The notes beneath the pieces were generated by a model. It was not told the origin of the DNA, made no database searches, and worked only from the letters and a program-made list of their open reading frames with translations. 32,253 bases of DNA from Candidatus Adlerbacteria bacterium (GTDB lineage Bacteria > Patescibacteriota > Minisyncoccia > Phycocordibacterales > SBAW01), in the NCBI GenBank assembly GCA_028286785.1, contig JAQBQX010000019.1, forward strand, positions 1 through 32,253. The letters run 5' to 3'. Both the position numbers and the translations under genes were made by a program. Below are positions 1-10,031 of the stretch, one piece after another. Position 1 is the stretch's first letter. Each line of letters opens with the position of its first letter.

Positions 1-2
1 GT

Positions 3-695
3 GAAGTTGGTGCCTATGCTGTTGCGGATGTTGCACACATCGCCGGGCTTATTGCAGGCAAGGCTGCGAAGAATCCTTTTGATGCGGGGTTTGATGTCAT
101 GACCTCGACAACACATAAGACATTGCGCGGACCTCGCGGCGGTCTGATTGTTGTCCGCGAAAGCGCCGATATCGCCAAAGCGGTAGACAAGGCAGTATTC
201 CCAGGGCTACAGGGTGGGCCGTTGATGCAGACCATTGCAGCCAAAGCAGTCGCGTTTGGCGAAGCACTGCAGCCATCATTTACAACATACGCAGCGCAGA
301 TTCTCAAAAACGCTAAAGCAATGGAAGAGGTCTTTCGTGCTCATAATGTGCGCATGCTTGGCGGCGGTACCTCAAACCATTTAATTTTGGCAGATGTGTT
401 CGGGAGCCTTGGTATTCCTGGTAAAGAGGCCGAAGCGGTTTTGGATACTGTCGGTATTACTCTGAACAAAAATGTCATTGCCGACGATACTCGCAGCCCG
501 ATGGACCCATCTGGTATCCGCTTTGGTACTCCAGCCATCACAACCCGCGGCTTTATGGAAGGGGACTGTGCGCGTGTGGCGGAGCTGATGCTCGACGCAC
601 TGGCAAACCGCGCCGACCAAACAAAGCTTTCTGCAATCCATCAGGAAATAAAAGACATGGCTGCCAAACACCCGATCCCGGACACATTTGTGTAA
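3..695 (+). CDS. glyA: Serine hydroxymethyltransferase (5'-truncated by window edge)
   Basis: Frame is open from base 3 (EVGAYAVADVAHIAGLIAG...). Contains the PLP-lysine motif TSTTHKTLRGPRGG, FPGLQGGP, GGTSNHL and SGIRFGTPAITTRG. Confidence 0.97.
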   Translation, partial: EVGAYAVADVAHIAGLIAGKAAKNPFDAGFDVMTSTTHKTLRGPRGGLIVVRESADIAKAVDKAVFPGLQGGPLMQTIAAKAVAFGEALQPSFTTYAAQILKNAKAMEEVFRAHNVRMLGGGTSNHLILADVFGSLGIPGKEAEAVLDTVGITLNKNVIADDTRSPMDPSGIRFGTPAITTRGFMEGDCARVAELMLDALANRADQTKLSAIHQEIKDMAAKHPIPDTFV

Positions 696-696
696 T

Positions 697-1800
697 ATGT
701 GGCTGACTATAAAAAAAAGAGTGGTTGCGTTTTGGCTGCGCTTCGAGCACTACTTTAACTTCTGTGCCGCAGCGGCTGGCTTTACCTTTGACCTTTGGCT
801 CGCTAAACGCCCTGACAGCATTGCCGACAATATACTGCTGCTCACCTACCTGTGCATTGCTGCAACAATAATCATCCTCCTGAATCACAAGACGCGTCAA
901 CAGATGGATGCCGAAAATCCGACCGAGCCTCTGGCACTTTTGTTTTTACTGCAGTTCTGTTTTGGAGGCCTGGCCAACAACCTGCTCATTTTATACGGCA
1001 AAAGCGGAACGCTCGCAGGTAGCGCATTGTTTGTAGTGTTGCTGTTGGGGATTGTGCTCGGCAACGAATTTTTCCGCAATCGGTATGTCAGACTCAACTT
1101 TAATGTCGGCGTGTACTACTTGCTCCTGTTGACGTATGTCATCATTGCGGCGCCGACATTCATCTTTCATTCTATAGGTACGGCCGTATTCATTTATAGC
1201 GGCCTCATCAGTCTCGCTATCATTGCCGTATTTTTGATAGTGATACGCACAACTGTCTTGCGTGGAGTGCGCGAGAGGAAGCATTTTATCGAAGTGGGCG
1301 GTATTGTTGCTGGCATATTTCTTGTATTTAATGCGCTCTACTTTTTGGATATTATCCCGCCCGTACCGCTGTCGCTCAAAGGGATCGGCGTGTATCACAG
1401 CATTATGCGCGAACCGTCGGGCAACTATGCGGCTACCTACGAAGCCCCGGCTTGGTTTGTGTTTTGGCGCGACACTGCAGCGACCTTTACCATCAAACCG
1501 GGACAATCCGCGTATTGCTTTAGCGCGGTGTTTGCCCCGGGTAAGCTTACTGCCCCGATTTCGCACAAGTGGCAATGGTATGACACGCGCACTAAAGAAT
1601 GGATCACTAAAGAAACGGTCTCGTTCGGCATTTTGGGAGGTCGCGACGGCGGGTACCGCGGCTATAGCATCAAGGCTAATCTTCCGGCAGGGCAGTGGCG
1701 CTGCGATGTCGAGACCCAAAACGGCGCGCTTATCGGCCGCATGAGTTTTACGGTCATCGAGTCGGCCTTGCCTGCAAACCTGTCGACAACCACCCTATAA
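697..1800 (+). CDS. Multi-pass membrane protein with C-terminal DUF2914-like beta domain
   Basis: About 7 hydrophobic segments, then AYCFSAVFAP...GGRDGGYRGYSIK...GQWRCDVET. ATG at 697 is 1 nt after the glyA stop. Confidence 0.75.
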   Translation: MWLTIKKRVVAFWLRFEHYFNFCAAAAGFTFDLWLAKRPDSIADNILLLTYLCIAATIIILLNHKTRQQMDAENPTEPLALLFLLQFCFGGLANNLLILYGKSGTLAGSALFVVLLLGIVLGNEFFRNRYVRLNFNVGVYYLLLLTYVIIAAPTFIFHSIGTAVFIYSGLISLAIIAVFLIVIRTTVLRGVRERKHFIEVGGIVAGIFLVFNALYFLDIIPPVPLSLKGIGVYHSIMREPSGNYAATYEAPAWFVFWRDTAATFTIKPGQSAYCFSAVFAPGKLTAPISHKWQWYDTRTKEWITKETVSFGILGGRDGGYRGYSIKANLPAGQWRCDVETQNGALIGRMSFTVIESALPANLSTTTL

Positions 1801-1810
1801 CTGGTAGTGT

Positions 1811-3433
1811 ATGGCAATGACCTCTGTGAGAGAAAAGATAGAACAGGCCGTGGCGCAGACTCTTGCTGACCTTGGCGCTGCGAACGTGCCTTTTGCGGTG
1901 GAGAGGCCTGCTGACATGTTGCATGGCGATTATTCCACCAATGCGGCGCTTGTTGTTGCTAAACTTCTCAAGAAGAACCCGAAAGATGTCGCACAAGAAA
2001 TTGCCGACAAGTTGACTGTCCAGGGTGTTAAGACAATCGACATAGCGGGTCCTGGCTTCATCAACTTTACGCTCGCGGGCAATGCGGTTAAAGATATTGT
2101 GCACGAAGCTCACGAAACCTCGTGGGGGAGCAATAACGCGCGCCAAGGTCAGAAGATCATGGTCGAATATACCGACCCTAATCCGTTTAAAGAGTTCCAT
2201 ATAGGGCACTTGATGAGCAATGCAATTGGCGAAAGTATCGCGCGACTGTTTGAAGCTGGTGGGGCGGATGTAAAGCGCGCCAACTACCAAGGGGATGTTG
2301 GGCTGCATGTCGCTAAAACAATTTGGGCAGTAAAGAATAAAAAAGTTGCTGGGGCCGATTGGGGTGCCGCATATGTTGCAGGAAATACTGCCTACGAAAC
2401 TGATGAGGTGGCAAAAAAAGAGATACAGGAAATCAATGTAAAAGTGTATGACCGCACAGACGACGCTATTAATGCTCTGTATGATGAGGGGCGCGAATCG
2501 TCACTGGCGCATTTTGAAGAGATATACAAAAAACTTGGCACTAAGTTTGATGAATACTTTTTTGAAAGCCAAACATGGAAGAAAGGTTTAGGGCTGGTGC
2601 AAAATAATATAGGGCAAGTGTTTGAGGCTAGCGACGGAGCCGTCATATACCGTGGCGAGCAGGATGGACTGCACACTCGTGTGTTTATTAATGCCGCAGG
2701 CCTGCCAACCTATGAAGCTAAAGACCTCGGGCTATTGGCGCTTAAGGCCGAGAAAGGGGAATTTGATGTATCGGTTACTGTCACTGCGAGCGAGCAGACA
2801 GAATATTTTAAAGTGGTCTTGGCTGCCGCAAAACATATTGATGAGGTACAAGCTATCGCCGAGAGAACCCAGCATGTAAGCCACGGCATGATGCGCTTTG
2901 CTGACGGAAAGATGTCGTCGAGAACTGGTAATGTGGTTACTGGCGAGTCCTTGCTTGCCGACCTGACTGAAGCTGCGCGCGGCAGGGAAGACGTTGCAGT
3001 GGGGGCCATCAAATATACCGTACTTAAATCGGCAAGTAGCAAAGATATCGTCTTTGACCCTGAAAAGTCGCTGTCTCTCGACGGCGACTCGGGGCCGTAC
3101 TTGCAGTATGCATTGGTGCGCACGCGCTCGCTGTTGCGCAAAGCGGCCGAGGCGCAAGTGGTTGATCCTCAACCGGCCGGTGCCATGCCGGTTGAAAGGC
3201 TCATCGTGCATTTTCCTGAAGTGGTTGAATATGCGGCAACAGAGCTCGAGCCGCACTACGTCACCACCTATTTAACCGAGCTCGCGAGCGCTTTCAACAG
3301 TTGGTATGCCCAAGAGCGGCTCATTGTAGACGGCGCCATAACGACCCGCTCGATTGCCGTACTCAAAGCGATAGAGAATACGCTCGCGCAGGGCTTGAAG
3401 GTGCTGGGCATCCCAACTCCGGAGGAAATGTAA
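1811..3433 (+). CDS. argS: Arginine--tRNA ligase (true start may be ATG 1817)
   Basis: HGDYSTNAAL, AGPGFINF, VEYTDPNPFKEFHIGHL (HIGH), KMSSRTG, GDSGPYLQYA and C-terminal PEEM. Confidence 0.97.
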   Translation: MAMTSVREKIEQAVAQTLADLGAANVPFAVERPADMLHGDYSTNAALVVAKLLKKNPKDVAQEIADKLTVQGVKTIDIAGPGFINFTLAGNAVKDIVHEAHETSWGSNNARQGQKIMVEYTDPNPFKEFHIGHLMSNAIGESIARLFEAGGADVKRANYQGDVGLHVAKTIWAVKNKKVAGADWGAAYVAGNTAYETDEVAKKEIQEINVKVYDRTDDAINALYDEGRESSLAHFEEIYKKLGTKFDEYFFESQTWKKGLGLVQNNIGQVFEASDGAVIYRGEQDGLHTRVFINAAGLPTYEAKDLGLLALKAEKGEFDVSVTVTASEQTEYFKVVLAAAKHIDEVQAIAERTQHVSHGMMRFADGKMSSRTGNVVTGESLLADLTEAARGREDVAVGAIKYTVLKSASSKDIVFDPEKSLSLDGDSGPYLQYALVRTRSLLRKAAEAQVVDPQPAGAMPVERLIVHFPEVVEYAATELEPHYVTTYLTELASAFNSWYAQERLIVDGAITTRSIAVLKAIENTLAQGLKVLGIPTPEEM

Positions 3434-3437
3434 ACAC

Positions 3438-3956
3438 ATGATGAAACCTGCAAAACTTTCCCTTATTGTTATTTATGGCGCTCCTGGTGCCGGCAAGACA
3501 ACTCTTGCGGATTTACTGCATACTGAGCTTTCGAACACAGCGCATATTGGTGTCGACCACATCAAACGATTTATTTCAGAATTCAGAGAAGTCGCCTCAC
3601 ATCAAGATGTAAGTAAAAAAGTTATTAACGCGATGGCTGCAGAATATTTACAAAATCATATTAGTGTCATTGTCGAGCAGGGGATAGATTTGAATGAATT
3701 AAATGCACTTAAAGAAATTGCGGCGGTAAATAGCGCAGAGTTTTTTGTCTATCGCTTGGAAATCTCTCGGGATCTTGCTGACAAACGTGCGGCGGAAAGG
3801 ATGGAGGCTTTGGGTAAGCCGGCAATTCCTCAAGAAGTTCTCGACACACTTAATAGGACACATGAAGGGGTAGATTACTCAAACACTGCGGTATTGAATT
3901 CCGGCGAGCTGACAACCCAAGAAATGGCTGATCGGATTCTTAAAGATTTGATATAA
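3438..3956 (+). CDS. Small P-loop kinase / AAA_33-like ATPase
   Basis: N-terminal Walker A IYGAPGAGKTT and a nucleotide-kinase-like layout. Visibly AT-richer than its neighbours. Confidence 0.75.
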   Translation: MMKPAKLSLIVIYGAPGAGKTTLADLLHTELSNTAHIGVDHIKRFISEFREVASHQDVSKKVINAMAAEYLQNHISVIVEQGIDLNELNALKEIAAVNSAEFFVYRLEISRDLADKRAAERMEALGKPAIPQEVLDTLNRTHEGVDYSNTAVLNSGELTTQEMADRILKDLI

Positions 3957-4007
3957 GAAAATAGGGCCGTTTTTTATTTATAGTCTTACCTGGTATAGTC
4001 TTTTCAT

Positions 4008-7000
4008 ATGCCTGACGATCCTAAACAGGGCGGGGAAGAGCTCGAGCGCCCACCCTACACCCCCAAAGGCCCTTTTGCAGAACGCGAAGAAGCCATTTTG
4101 GACTTTTGGAATGAGAGCGAGATTTTTGACCAGACGCTCCGCAAAGACGCGCCCAAAGGCGAGTTTGTATTTTATGATGGTCCGCCGTTTGCCAACGGCT
4201 TGCCGCACTATGGTCACATACTGGCTTCGACTATCAAGGACGCCATTCCGCGGTATCGCACCATGCAAGGCTACCGAGTGCAGCGTCGCTGGGGTTGGGA
4301 TTGTCACGGCTTGCCGGTTGAAAACCTTGTAGAGAAAGAGCTCGGATTTAAGAGCAAGCGCGATATTGAACAATACGGGATAGAAAAGTTTAATGCGATG
4401 GCACGTACCTCGATCATGAAGGACGTGTCCGATTGGAAGCGAATCATCCCGCGCCTGGGCCGCTGGGCTGACATGGAACATGACTACAAGACCATGGACA
4501 CGACCTACACAGAAAGCGTGTGGTGGGCTTTCAAGAACTTGTATGACCGCAAACTAATTTATGAAGGGTACAAGGCCATGCAGCTGTGTCCGCGCTGCGG
4601 CACGACACTTTCAAACTTTGAGGTGGCCCAAGGATACCAAGACATTGATGACATTGCGGTCACGGTAAAGCTCTTGCTCGTTGACGAGCCGAACACCTCG
4701 CTCCTTATTTGGACCACAACACCCTGGACGCTGCCGGGCAACACTGCCGCTGCGGTGAACAGCAAGGCGACCTATATAAAAGTAGAAAAAGACGGCGAAT
4801 TTTTCATAGTCGCAAAAGAGCGCGCTGAGGCGGTCTTTGGCGAAGCGCCTACTGTGGTTGGCGAGATGCTTGGCAAAGCCCTTGTTGGTAAAAAGTACAC
4901 GCCTCCGTTTAACTATTTTAAAAACGAAGTTCACAAACACAAAACCCATGCATGGAAGGTCTATGCTGCCGACTATGTCACGACCGATTCGGGCACCGGT
5001 ATTGTGCACTTGGCACCTGCGTTTGGTGCCGAAGACCTCGAGTTGGCACAAAAAGAAAAGGTCCCGGTCATCCACCATGTGACTGAAGAGGGTAAATTTA
5101 TTGCGACAGTCACAGACTTTGCAGGGCTCCCGGTCAAGCCAAAAGGCCGCCACATGGAAACTGACGTAAAAATCGTGGCATGGCTCGACGAACATAAACT
5201 GCTGTTCAAGCAGGAAAAAATAAAGCACTCGTACCCGCATTGCTGGCGCTGCGACACTCCACTTCTCAACTGGGCTGCAAATTCTTGGTTTGTGAATGTC
5301 CAAAGCGTCAAACAAAACTTGTTGAAGCAAAACAGCAAGGTCTCGTGGGTACCCGACCACATAGGTACTGGGCGGTTTATGAAAGGGCTCGAGAGCGCTC
5401 CGGATTGGGCAATATCCCGCAGCCGCTATTGGGGCGCGCCGCTGCCGGTATGGCGCCACAGCAAAACAAAAGAAGTCCGCGTTGCGGGTTCGGTGGACGA
5501 CATGCTGGGTCTCGTGCGCCGCTCCGGCAATCGGTACTTTGCCATGCGCCATGGTGAGGCACTGAGTAACGTGAACAAGCTCGATGATCTTATGGGCGAT
5601 CCAGAGAATCATATTACTGAAGGTGGTAAAAAGGCTATTCTGTTGACTGCACAGAATCTCAAGAAAGAACACATCGACATGATCGTTGTGTCGCCATTTG
5701 TTCGCACTCAGGAGACCGCGGCCATTGTCCAGCGAGAACTCGGTGTGCCAGGCGCAGCTGTTATGGTTGACGAGCGCCTGCGAGAAGGGGGAAGCCATGA
5801 TGTCCAAGAAGTGCGTCAACGCGTGGGTGAATTTTTGTTTGATGTGGAGCGCCGTTACAGCAACAAAAACATTCTGATTGTGTCGCATGGATATCCGATC
5901 TGGATGCTTCATAATATTGCTGCGCACCAAAAGTCGGACGTCTATGTGAAAACACATTTGCCACAGCTTGCAAGCGTGCAAGAAATTTCTTTTGTTCCAT
6001 ATCCGCACAATCAAAACTTCGAGCTCGACCTCCATCGCCCGTATATAGATGAAGTGCCACTAGGGGACCATCTCAATGGCCGCTGGGAACGCATTCCTGA
6101 TGTGTTTGACTGCTGGTTTGAGTCTGGTTCGATGCCGTTTGCGAGCAATCACTATCCGTTCGAAAAAAACACGTTCGATCCCAAGCGGTTTTTTGGTCTT
6201 GGTGCGAAAGGGTATCCGGCAGATTTTATCGCAGAAGGTCTCGACCAGACCCGCGGATGGTTTTACTCGTTGATTGTGCTGGGTACTGCGCTGTTTGGAA
6301 AAGCTCCGTACAAGCATGTCATCGTCAACGGCCTTATCTTGGCTTCTGATGGTCAAAAAATGAGCAAACGTTTGAAAAACTACCCTGACCCGATGGAAGT
6401 GGTGGAAAAATACGGAGCCGATGCGCTGCGCTATTATCTGCTATCGTCGTCTGTGATCCGCGGAGAAGACTTGCGCTTTAGTGAGCGTGGTGTCGACGAA
6501 GTATCGAAAAAATTGCTGATGCGGCTTGATAACGTGCGCAGCTTTTATGACTTGTATGCGCCGGCAGTGCAGGAAGTGGGCCGGGACAGCGCTATAGGTT
6601 TCAAGGCCTTTGCTTCGCAGCCCGCAGCACTCCACGTGCTTGATCGCTGGATCATATCCCGCTTGGCCCAGGTGGTGCGCGGCACTACAGAGGGTTTTGA
6701 TACCTATCAGCTCGATAATGCTACGCGCCCCTTGCTCGCGTTTGTTGATGATCTTTCCAACTGGTACCTGCGTCGCTCGAGAGACCGATTTAAAACAGAC
6801 GGCAGTGACAAAGTAAACGCACTGGTCACTTTGCGCTACGTGCTCATTACACTTGCGCACACGATGGCGCCTACGATGCCGTTTTACGCCGATGACTTGT
6901 ACCGTCGTTTGAGGACTGATGATATGCCAGAGAGCGTACACTTGGCGCAGTGGCCGATGGCAGACCTCATAGATGAGACCTTGGTGTCTGATATGGTATT

Positions 7001-7454
7001 GGTGCGCGAGTTGTCGTCGCGCGCTTTGCAGTTGCGCGAAAAAGCAGGAGTGAAGATCCGCCAGCCACTAGCCACCCTTACTGCCAAAGCGCTCCCTTCA
7101 GACGAGTCGCTCCATGCGCTTATCGCTGACGAGGCAAACGTTAAGCAGGTAGTGCTCGATGCTAACCTTGCTGATGAAGCCGAGCTCGATACGGTACTCA
7201 CGCCAGAGCTCAAAGAAGAGGGTACTCTGCGCGATCTTGTACGTATGGTGCAAGACCTGCGCAAAAAAGAAGGGCTGACTATTTCCGACCGACCCACACT
7301 GAGCGTTGCTACTGACAAAGACGGAAGTGCTTTTGTCGAGCGCAACAAACATGCCCTGATGGAAGAAACAGGCCTCAGCTCGGTGAATGTAGAAGATGGT
7401 GGTGAGACTGCAAAAGATTTTGTATTTCCGATAACGCTCACGCTTACTGTGTAA
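4008..7454 (+). CDS. ileS: Isoleucine--tRNA ligase (type 2-like) with inserted histidine-phosphatase domain
   Basis: FYDGPPFANGLPHYGH, GWDCHGLPVE, WTTTPWTLP, DWAISRSRYWG, EGLDQTRGWF and KMSKR. Insert at ~5525-6015 carries RHG...SPFVRT...SHG. Confidence 0.96.
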   Translation: MPDDPKQGGEELERPPYTPKGPFAEREEAILDFWNESEIFDQTLRKDAPKGEFVFYDGPPFANGLPHYGHILASTIKDAIPRYRTMQGYRVQRRWGWDCHGLPVENLVEKELGFKSKRDIEQYGIEKFNAMARTSIMKDVSDWKRIIPRLGRWADMEHDYKTMDTTYTESVWWAFKNLYDRKLIYEGYKAMQLCPRCGTTLSNFEVAQGYQDIDDIAVTVKLLLVDEPNTSLLIWTTTPWTLPGNTAAAVNSKATYIKVEKDGEFFIVAKERAEAVFGEAPTVVGEMLGKALVGKKYTPPFNYFKNEVHKHKTHAWKVYAADYVTTDSGTGIVHLAPAFGAEDLELAQKEKVPVIHHVTEEGKFIATVTDFAGLPVKPKGRHMETDVKIVAWLDEHKLLFKQEKIKHSYPHCWRCDTPLLNWAANSWFVNVQSVKQNLLKQNSKVSWVPDHIGTGRFMKGLESAPDWAISRSRYWGAPLPVWRHSKTKEVRVAGSVDDMLGLVRRSGNRYFAMRHGEALSNVNKLDDLMGDPENHITEGGKKAILLTAQNLKKEHIDMIVVSPFVRTQETAAIVQRELGVPGAAVMVDERLREGGSHDVQEVRQRVGEFLFDVERRYSNKNILIVSHGYPIWMLHNIAAHQKSDVYVKTHLPQLASVQEISFVPYPHNQNFELDLHRPYIDEVPLGDHLNGRWERIPDVFDCWFESGSMPFASNHYPFEKNTFDPKRFFGLGAKGYPADFIAEGLDQTRGWFYSLIVLGTALFGKAPYKHVIVNGLILASDGQKMSKRLKNYPDPMEVVEKYGADALRYYLLSSSVIRGEDLRFSERGVDEVSKKLLMRLDNVRSFYDLYAPAVQEVGRDSAIGFKAFASQPAALHVLDRWIISRLAQVVRGTTEGFDTYQLDNATRPLLAFVDDLSNWYLRRSRDRFKTDGSDKVNALVTLRYVLITLAHTMAPTMPFYADDLYRRLRTDDMPESVHLAQWPMADLIDETLVSDMVLVRELSSRALQLREKAGVKIRQPLATLTAKALPSDESLHALIADEANVKQVVLDANLADEAELDTVLTPELKEEGTLRDLVRMVQDLRKKEGLTISDRPTLSVATDKDGSAFVERNKHALMEETGLSSVNVEDGGETAKDFVFPITLTLTV

Positions 7455-7455
7455 T

Positions 7456-8034
7456 ATGTATGACGTCGTAGTGACCAAAGGCTTGGTGCTCGGCAAACGC
7501 GGGGTGGGGGAGGCAAACACGTTGGTGAGTATCGTGACAGCCGACCTCGGGCTCGTGCGCGCATCGGCCCGCTCTTCTCGTGCAGAAAAATCCAAGCTCC
7601 GCTATGTGCTCGAGCCTCTGACCATGGGGCGGTTTTCTTTGATACGTGGGCGACACGAGTGGCGACTGACCGGGGCAGAAGCGGCTGAGCGTGCGTTTAG
7701 TGCAGCGCTCCCCGAACGGCGCACGGCAGCTGGGCGTATCTCGCGCCTGCTGATACGGCTGATCCAAGGCCAGGAACCGGTCCCTGCATTGTTCGATGTG
7801 GTAGAAAGCGGATTTGCTGCGCTTGCATCTGTGCCCGACGACGAAGCTGTCGGGGTCGAATATATAACCGTGCTGCGCATAGTGTCACTGCTCGGATATT
7901 TGCCTCAGTCACGGGCGCTCGAGCAGTTTGTGGGCACTTCATCATATGGACGTGACCTCAACTTGCAGGCGGGTTCTATGAAGCCAGCTTTGGCCAAGGC
8001 CATCAATACGGCGCTCGAAGTAAGCGGGCTCTAA
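7456..8034 (+). CDS. recO: DNA repair protein RecO (no zinc finger)
   Basis: N-terminal OB-fold pattern TKGLVLGKRGVGEANTLVSIVTADLGLVRASARSSR..KSKLR, followed by a helical domain ending LLGYLP. Confidence 0.8.
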   Translation: MYDVVVTKGLVLGKRGVGEANTLVSIVTADLGLVRASARSSRAEKSKLRYVLEPLTMGRFSLIRGRHEWRLTGAEAAERAFSAALPERRTAAGRISRLLIRLIQGQEPVPALFDVVESGFAALASVPDDEAVGVEYITVLRIVSLLGYLPQSRALEQFVGTSSYGRDLNLQAGSMKPALAKAINTALEVSGL

Positions 8035-8056
8035 GCCAGTGCGCTATACTGTACTT

Positions 8057-10009
8057 ATGCAACGCGAAGAAAAGGACGCGGTAGACGCGCTCAAGTCCAA
8101 GCTGTATTCTCGCAACCAAACCACGTCTGTCGGCAACGATATGCGGTCACCGCTTTCTGCTTCAACAGCAGACGCTCCTCATGTGTGGCAAGAAGAGCAG
8201 TCCGAAGTTCCCGCGGAAGCTGCTCCTGTGGTGGCACCTATCGCAAGTCTGATGGTCGAGCCAAAACGCCGCGTATCCTGGGCGGCAAAATTTTTCTTCG
8301 TATCAATATCGTTTTTTATAATCGCTGCAGGGGCTGCTGCGTACTTCTTTTTTGGCGGGGGCAATTCTATCTCTCCGCAGAATATAGATCTACAAGTGGT
8401 GGTGCCGTCCTTGGTGGATGCTGGCAAACCGAGCACGTTCCAGATAATTATTTCCAATCACAATATTGGTGACCTAACGCTGGCCGACCTCATCATCGAC
8501 TATCCGGATGGTACACGTAGTGTCGAGACGGTGGGCACAGCGCTGACTCATGATCGACAAGCAGTCGGTACTATTGCGGCAGGGCAGCAGATCAAGCGCA
8601 CCACATCTGCGATGTTTTTTGGCCAACAGGGAACAGAAAATACCATCAAAGTCACACTCGAATATTCCGTCAACGGATCAAATTCGTTTTTCCAAAAATC
8701 GGGTACTGCATCGTTCGTGATAGGCTCCTCGCCAGTGTCGGTGTCCATACATTCTCCGACTGAGGCTATAGCCGGTCAGGCATTTGGCATGGACGTGACG
8801 GTGCAGGCCAATGGCCAATTGCCGGTGGGCAACGTGGTCTTGCAGGCGCAGTATCCGTACGGCTTTATTCTTTCGACATCTTCTCCGTCGGCTGTGTCCG
8901 GAGGCAACCTGTGGCGTCTCGGCGTGCTTGAGCCGGGCGATATCAAAACCATCCATATTTCAGGTTCGATTGACGGACAAGACGGCGATGAACGCGTATT
9001 CCGCTTTGTGGCAGGAACTGACGCGAGTGATAGCGACGTGACTATAACAACACCGATACTGACAGTTCCAGCAACATTGACGGTACGCAGGCCATTTATT
9101 TCAGCCACCATTGCTCTCAATGGCACGTCGGGCAAAACAGTCGCAGTGCCTCCGGGCAGCAGTGTCTCTGGTGTAATCACTTGGAAAAACAATCTGCCCA
9201 CCTCTGTTTCAAATGCAAGCTTCAAACTCTCGCTCAACGGTGCAATCATTTCTCCTGACTCGATCAATGCTCTTGGCGGATTCTATCAGTCGTCCGATTC
9301 ATCCATTACATGGGACTCGCAAACTAACGCAGAGCTCAAGAATGTTGCTGCGGGTGCTCAGGGTACATTGCAGTTTAGTTTTGGAACTCTCGATCTCCAG
9401 AAAAACATCGGGACCAAACCGAACATTTCTCTCAATCTTGCCCTCACCGGTATCCGCGAAGGGCAGTCGGGCGTGCCGGACACTGTAGCGTCCGCTGCAA
9501 CGGCCCAGGCAACGGTGGCATCGCTTTTGACCCTATCTTCACGTGCGCTGTACTTTAGCGGTCCGTTTACCAATACCGGTCCTGTACCGCCAGTGGTCGG
9601 CCAAAAGACCACATATACCGTCCAATGGGGCGTGAAAAACTCTTCTAGTGTCGTAAGTGGCACCGTAGTGCGCGCAGTGCTGCCGTCATATGTACGATTT
9701 GTCTCATCGGCTGCAGGCAGCAATATTATCTACGATGCTCCAACCCGCACTGTTTCGTGGTCCATAGGATCTGTTGCGGCAGGTACCGGCTACTCGAGTG
9801 AGGCTGTTGCAGGGAACTTCCAAGTTGAGCTCACTCCAAGCTTGTCGCAAGTGGGTCAGCCGGTGTCACTGACTGGCAAGACGATACTCACTGGACGCGA
9901 CGATGCTGCCAATGCATCTGTACAGTCAAATGCAGAAGCTCCAACAACACAGATCAATACTGATACAGGCTATATGCCATCGATGGGGATCGTTACTGCG
10001 GCAAAATAG
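8057..10009 (+). CDS. Membrane-anchored surface protein with several Ig-like beta domains
   Basis: Single TM helix (FFFVSISFFIIAAGAAAYFFF), then Ser/Thr/Gly-rich beta-sandwich-like repeats. TATACT lies 6 nt before ATG 8057. Confidence 0.75.
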   Translation: MQREEKDAVDALKSKLYSRNQTTSVGNDMRSPLSASTADAPHVWQEEQSEVPAEAAPVVAPIASLMVEPKRRVSWAAKFFFVSISFFIIAAGAAAYFFFGGGNSISPQNIDLQVVVPSLVDAGKPSTFQIIISNHNIGDLTLADLIIDYPDGTRSVETVGTALTHDRQAVGTIAAGQQIKRTTSAMFFGQQGTENTIKVTLEYSVNGSNSFFQKSGTASFVIGSSPVSVSIHSPTEAIAGQAFGMDVTVQANGQLPVGNVVLQAQYPYGFILSTSSPSAVSGGNLWRLGVLEPGDIKTIHISGSIDGQDGDERVFRFVAGTDASDSDVTITTPILTVPATLTVRRPFISATIALNGTSGKTVAVPPGSSVSGVITWKNNLPTSVSNASFKLSLNGAIISPDSINALGGFYQSSDSSITWDSQTNAELKNVAAGAQGTLQFSFGTLDLQKNIGTKPNISLNLALTGIREGQSGVPDTVASAATAQATVASLLTLSSRALYFSGPFTNTGPVPPVVGQKTTYTVQWGVKNSSSVVSGTVVRAVLPSYVRFVSSAAGSNIIYDAPTRTVSWSIGSVAAGTGYSSEAVAGNFQVELTPSLSQVGQPVSLTGKTILTGRDDAANASVQSNAEAPTTQINTDTGYMPSMGIVTAAK

Positions 10010-10031
10010 AATCATCGTCTATACTGAATAG

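Noticed and set aside
4611-6035. 474-aa antisense ORF within ileS
   Set aside because: It is the shadow frame of a conserved gene, with no recognisable motifs or expression signals.
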